Source of the DNA: Candidatus Zhuqueibacterota bacterium
GTDB lineage: Bacteria > Zhuqueibacterota > Zhuqueibacteria > Thermofontimicrobiales > Thermofontimicrobiaceae
Reading direction: 5' to 3'
NCBI GenBank assembly: GCA_049322915.1
Contig: JBMOPW010000015.1
Span: 1-16,821 of the forward strand
DNA length: 16,821 nucleotides
Shown: positions 16,478 through 16,821 of the stretch, piece after piece
How positions within the stretch are numbered: position 1 is the first letter of the stretch
Layout of the letters: each line of letters begins with the position of its first letter
The notes under the pieces: generated by a model
Database searches by the model: none
Told to the model about the DNA's origin: nothing
The model's input: only the letters and a program-made list of their open reading frames with translations
Position numbers and translations under genes: made by a program

Positions 16478-16821
16478 CACCTTTCTTTTTACTTCTACCT
16501 TATCTGGAGAGAAATTCAGCAATAAGCCTACTGGTTTGATAGTGGCCGTTAGATAATTCACCAACTGGACTTCAAACTCCTTTACTATTTTTTCTACGGA
16601 TTTCAATTCAATGATGATCAGCTCGTCGACAATGATATCCGCTTTAAAATTGCCGACGACTACTCCTTCATAATAAACCTTTATGGGTTTTTGTCTTTCT
16701 ACAGCAAATCCCATTGTTTTTAATTCAATTGTCAGGGCATTTTCATTCACCCCGTGTAATATGCTATTGTTTCTCTTGCTATTAATTTCTATTTGTTTTA
16801 TTACACGGGGTAAACAGACTC
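16454..16821 (-). pseudogene. GxxExxY family (PD-(D/E)XK-like) gene interrupted by a short insertion; 5' end lies outside the window
   Basis: C-terminal part ENALTIEL...ERQKPIKVYY...FKADIIVDELIIIELKSV...QLVNYL....VGLLLNF is typical of the family. The window edge reads GAG TCT GTT TA (E-S-V-Y), which joins T GAA AAT GCC (E-N-A) if 65 bp are removed. Confidence 0.8.
16746..16814. mobile_element. Small non-autonomous palindromic (MITE/REP-like) insertion
   Basis: Perfect 13-bp terminal inverted repeats ACCCCGTGTAATA (16749-61) / TATTACACGGGGT (16799-811), extendable to 16 bp with one mismatch; AT-rich spacer; interrupts a coding frame. Confidence 0.75.

Noticed and set aside
1..16821. CRISPR array, tRNA, rRNA or full IS element
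   Set aside because: No regularly spaced repeats, no recognisable structural RNA gene and no transposase ORF seen.

Overview
Bacterial chromosomal window with no phage structural or mobility genes; signal peptides with Gln at +1 hint at an FCB-group-like lineage (inference). The left part (1-4350, minus strand) is a putative operon. It holds two tandem paralogous secreted fibre proteins, each with a Sec signal peptide, a conserved N-terminal domain, a shaft, a phage tail-collar domain and an HxH needle tip. These are followed by the 5' part of a large secreted protein (FN3-like, then LamG-like) that the ORF track missed because it runs off the window. The two fibre genes are about 93% identical over their first ~770 bp but carry unrelated middle modules and different tips, i.e. 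a mosaic adhesin array. The middle has a class I SAM methyltransferase and a nucleoside hydrolase (plus strand). The right part (6904-16348, minus strand) is an ABC-transporter-dependent surface polysaccharide cluster: wzm, wzt, five GT4 glycosyltransferases and a radical SAM/SPASM enzyme, with a structured intergenic element. At the right edge a GxxExxY (PD-(D/E)XK-like) gene is interrupted exactly in its motif Tyr codon by a 65-bp palindromic element.
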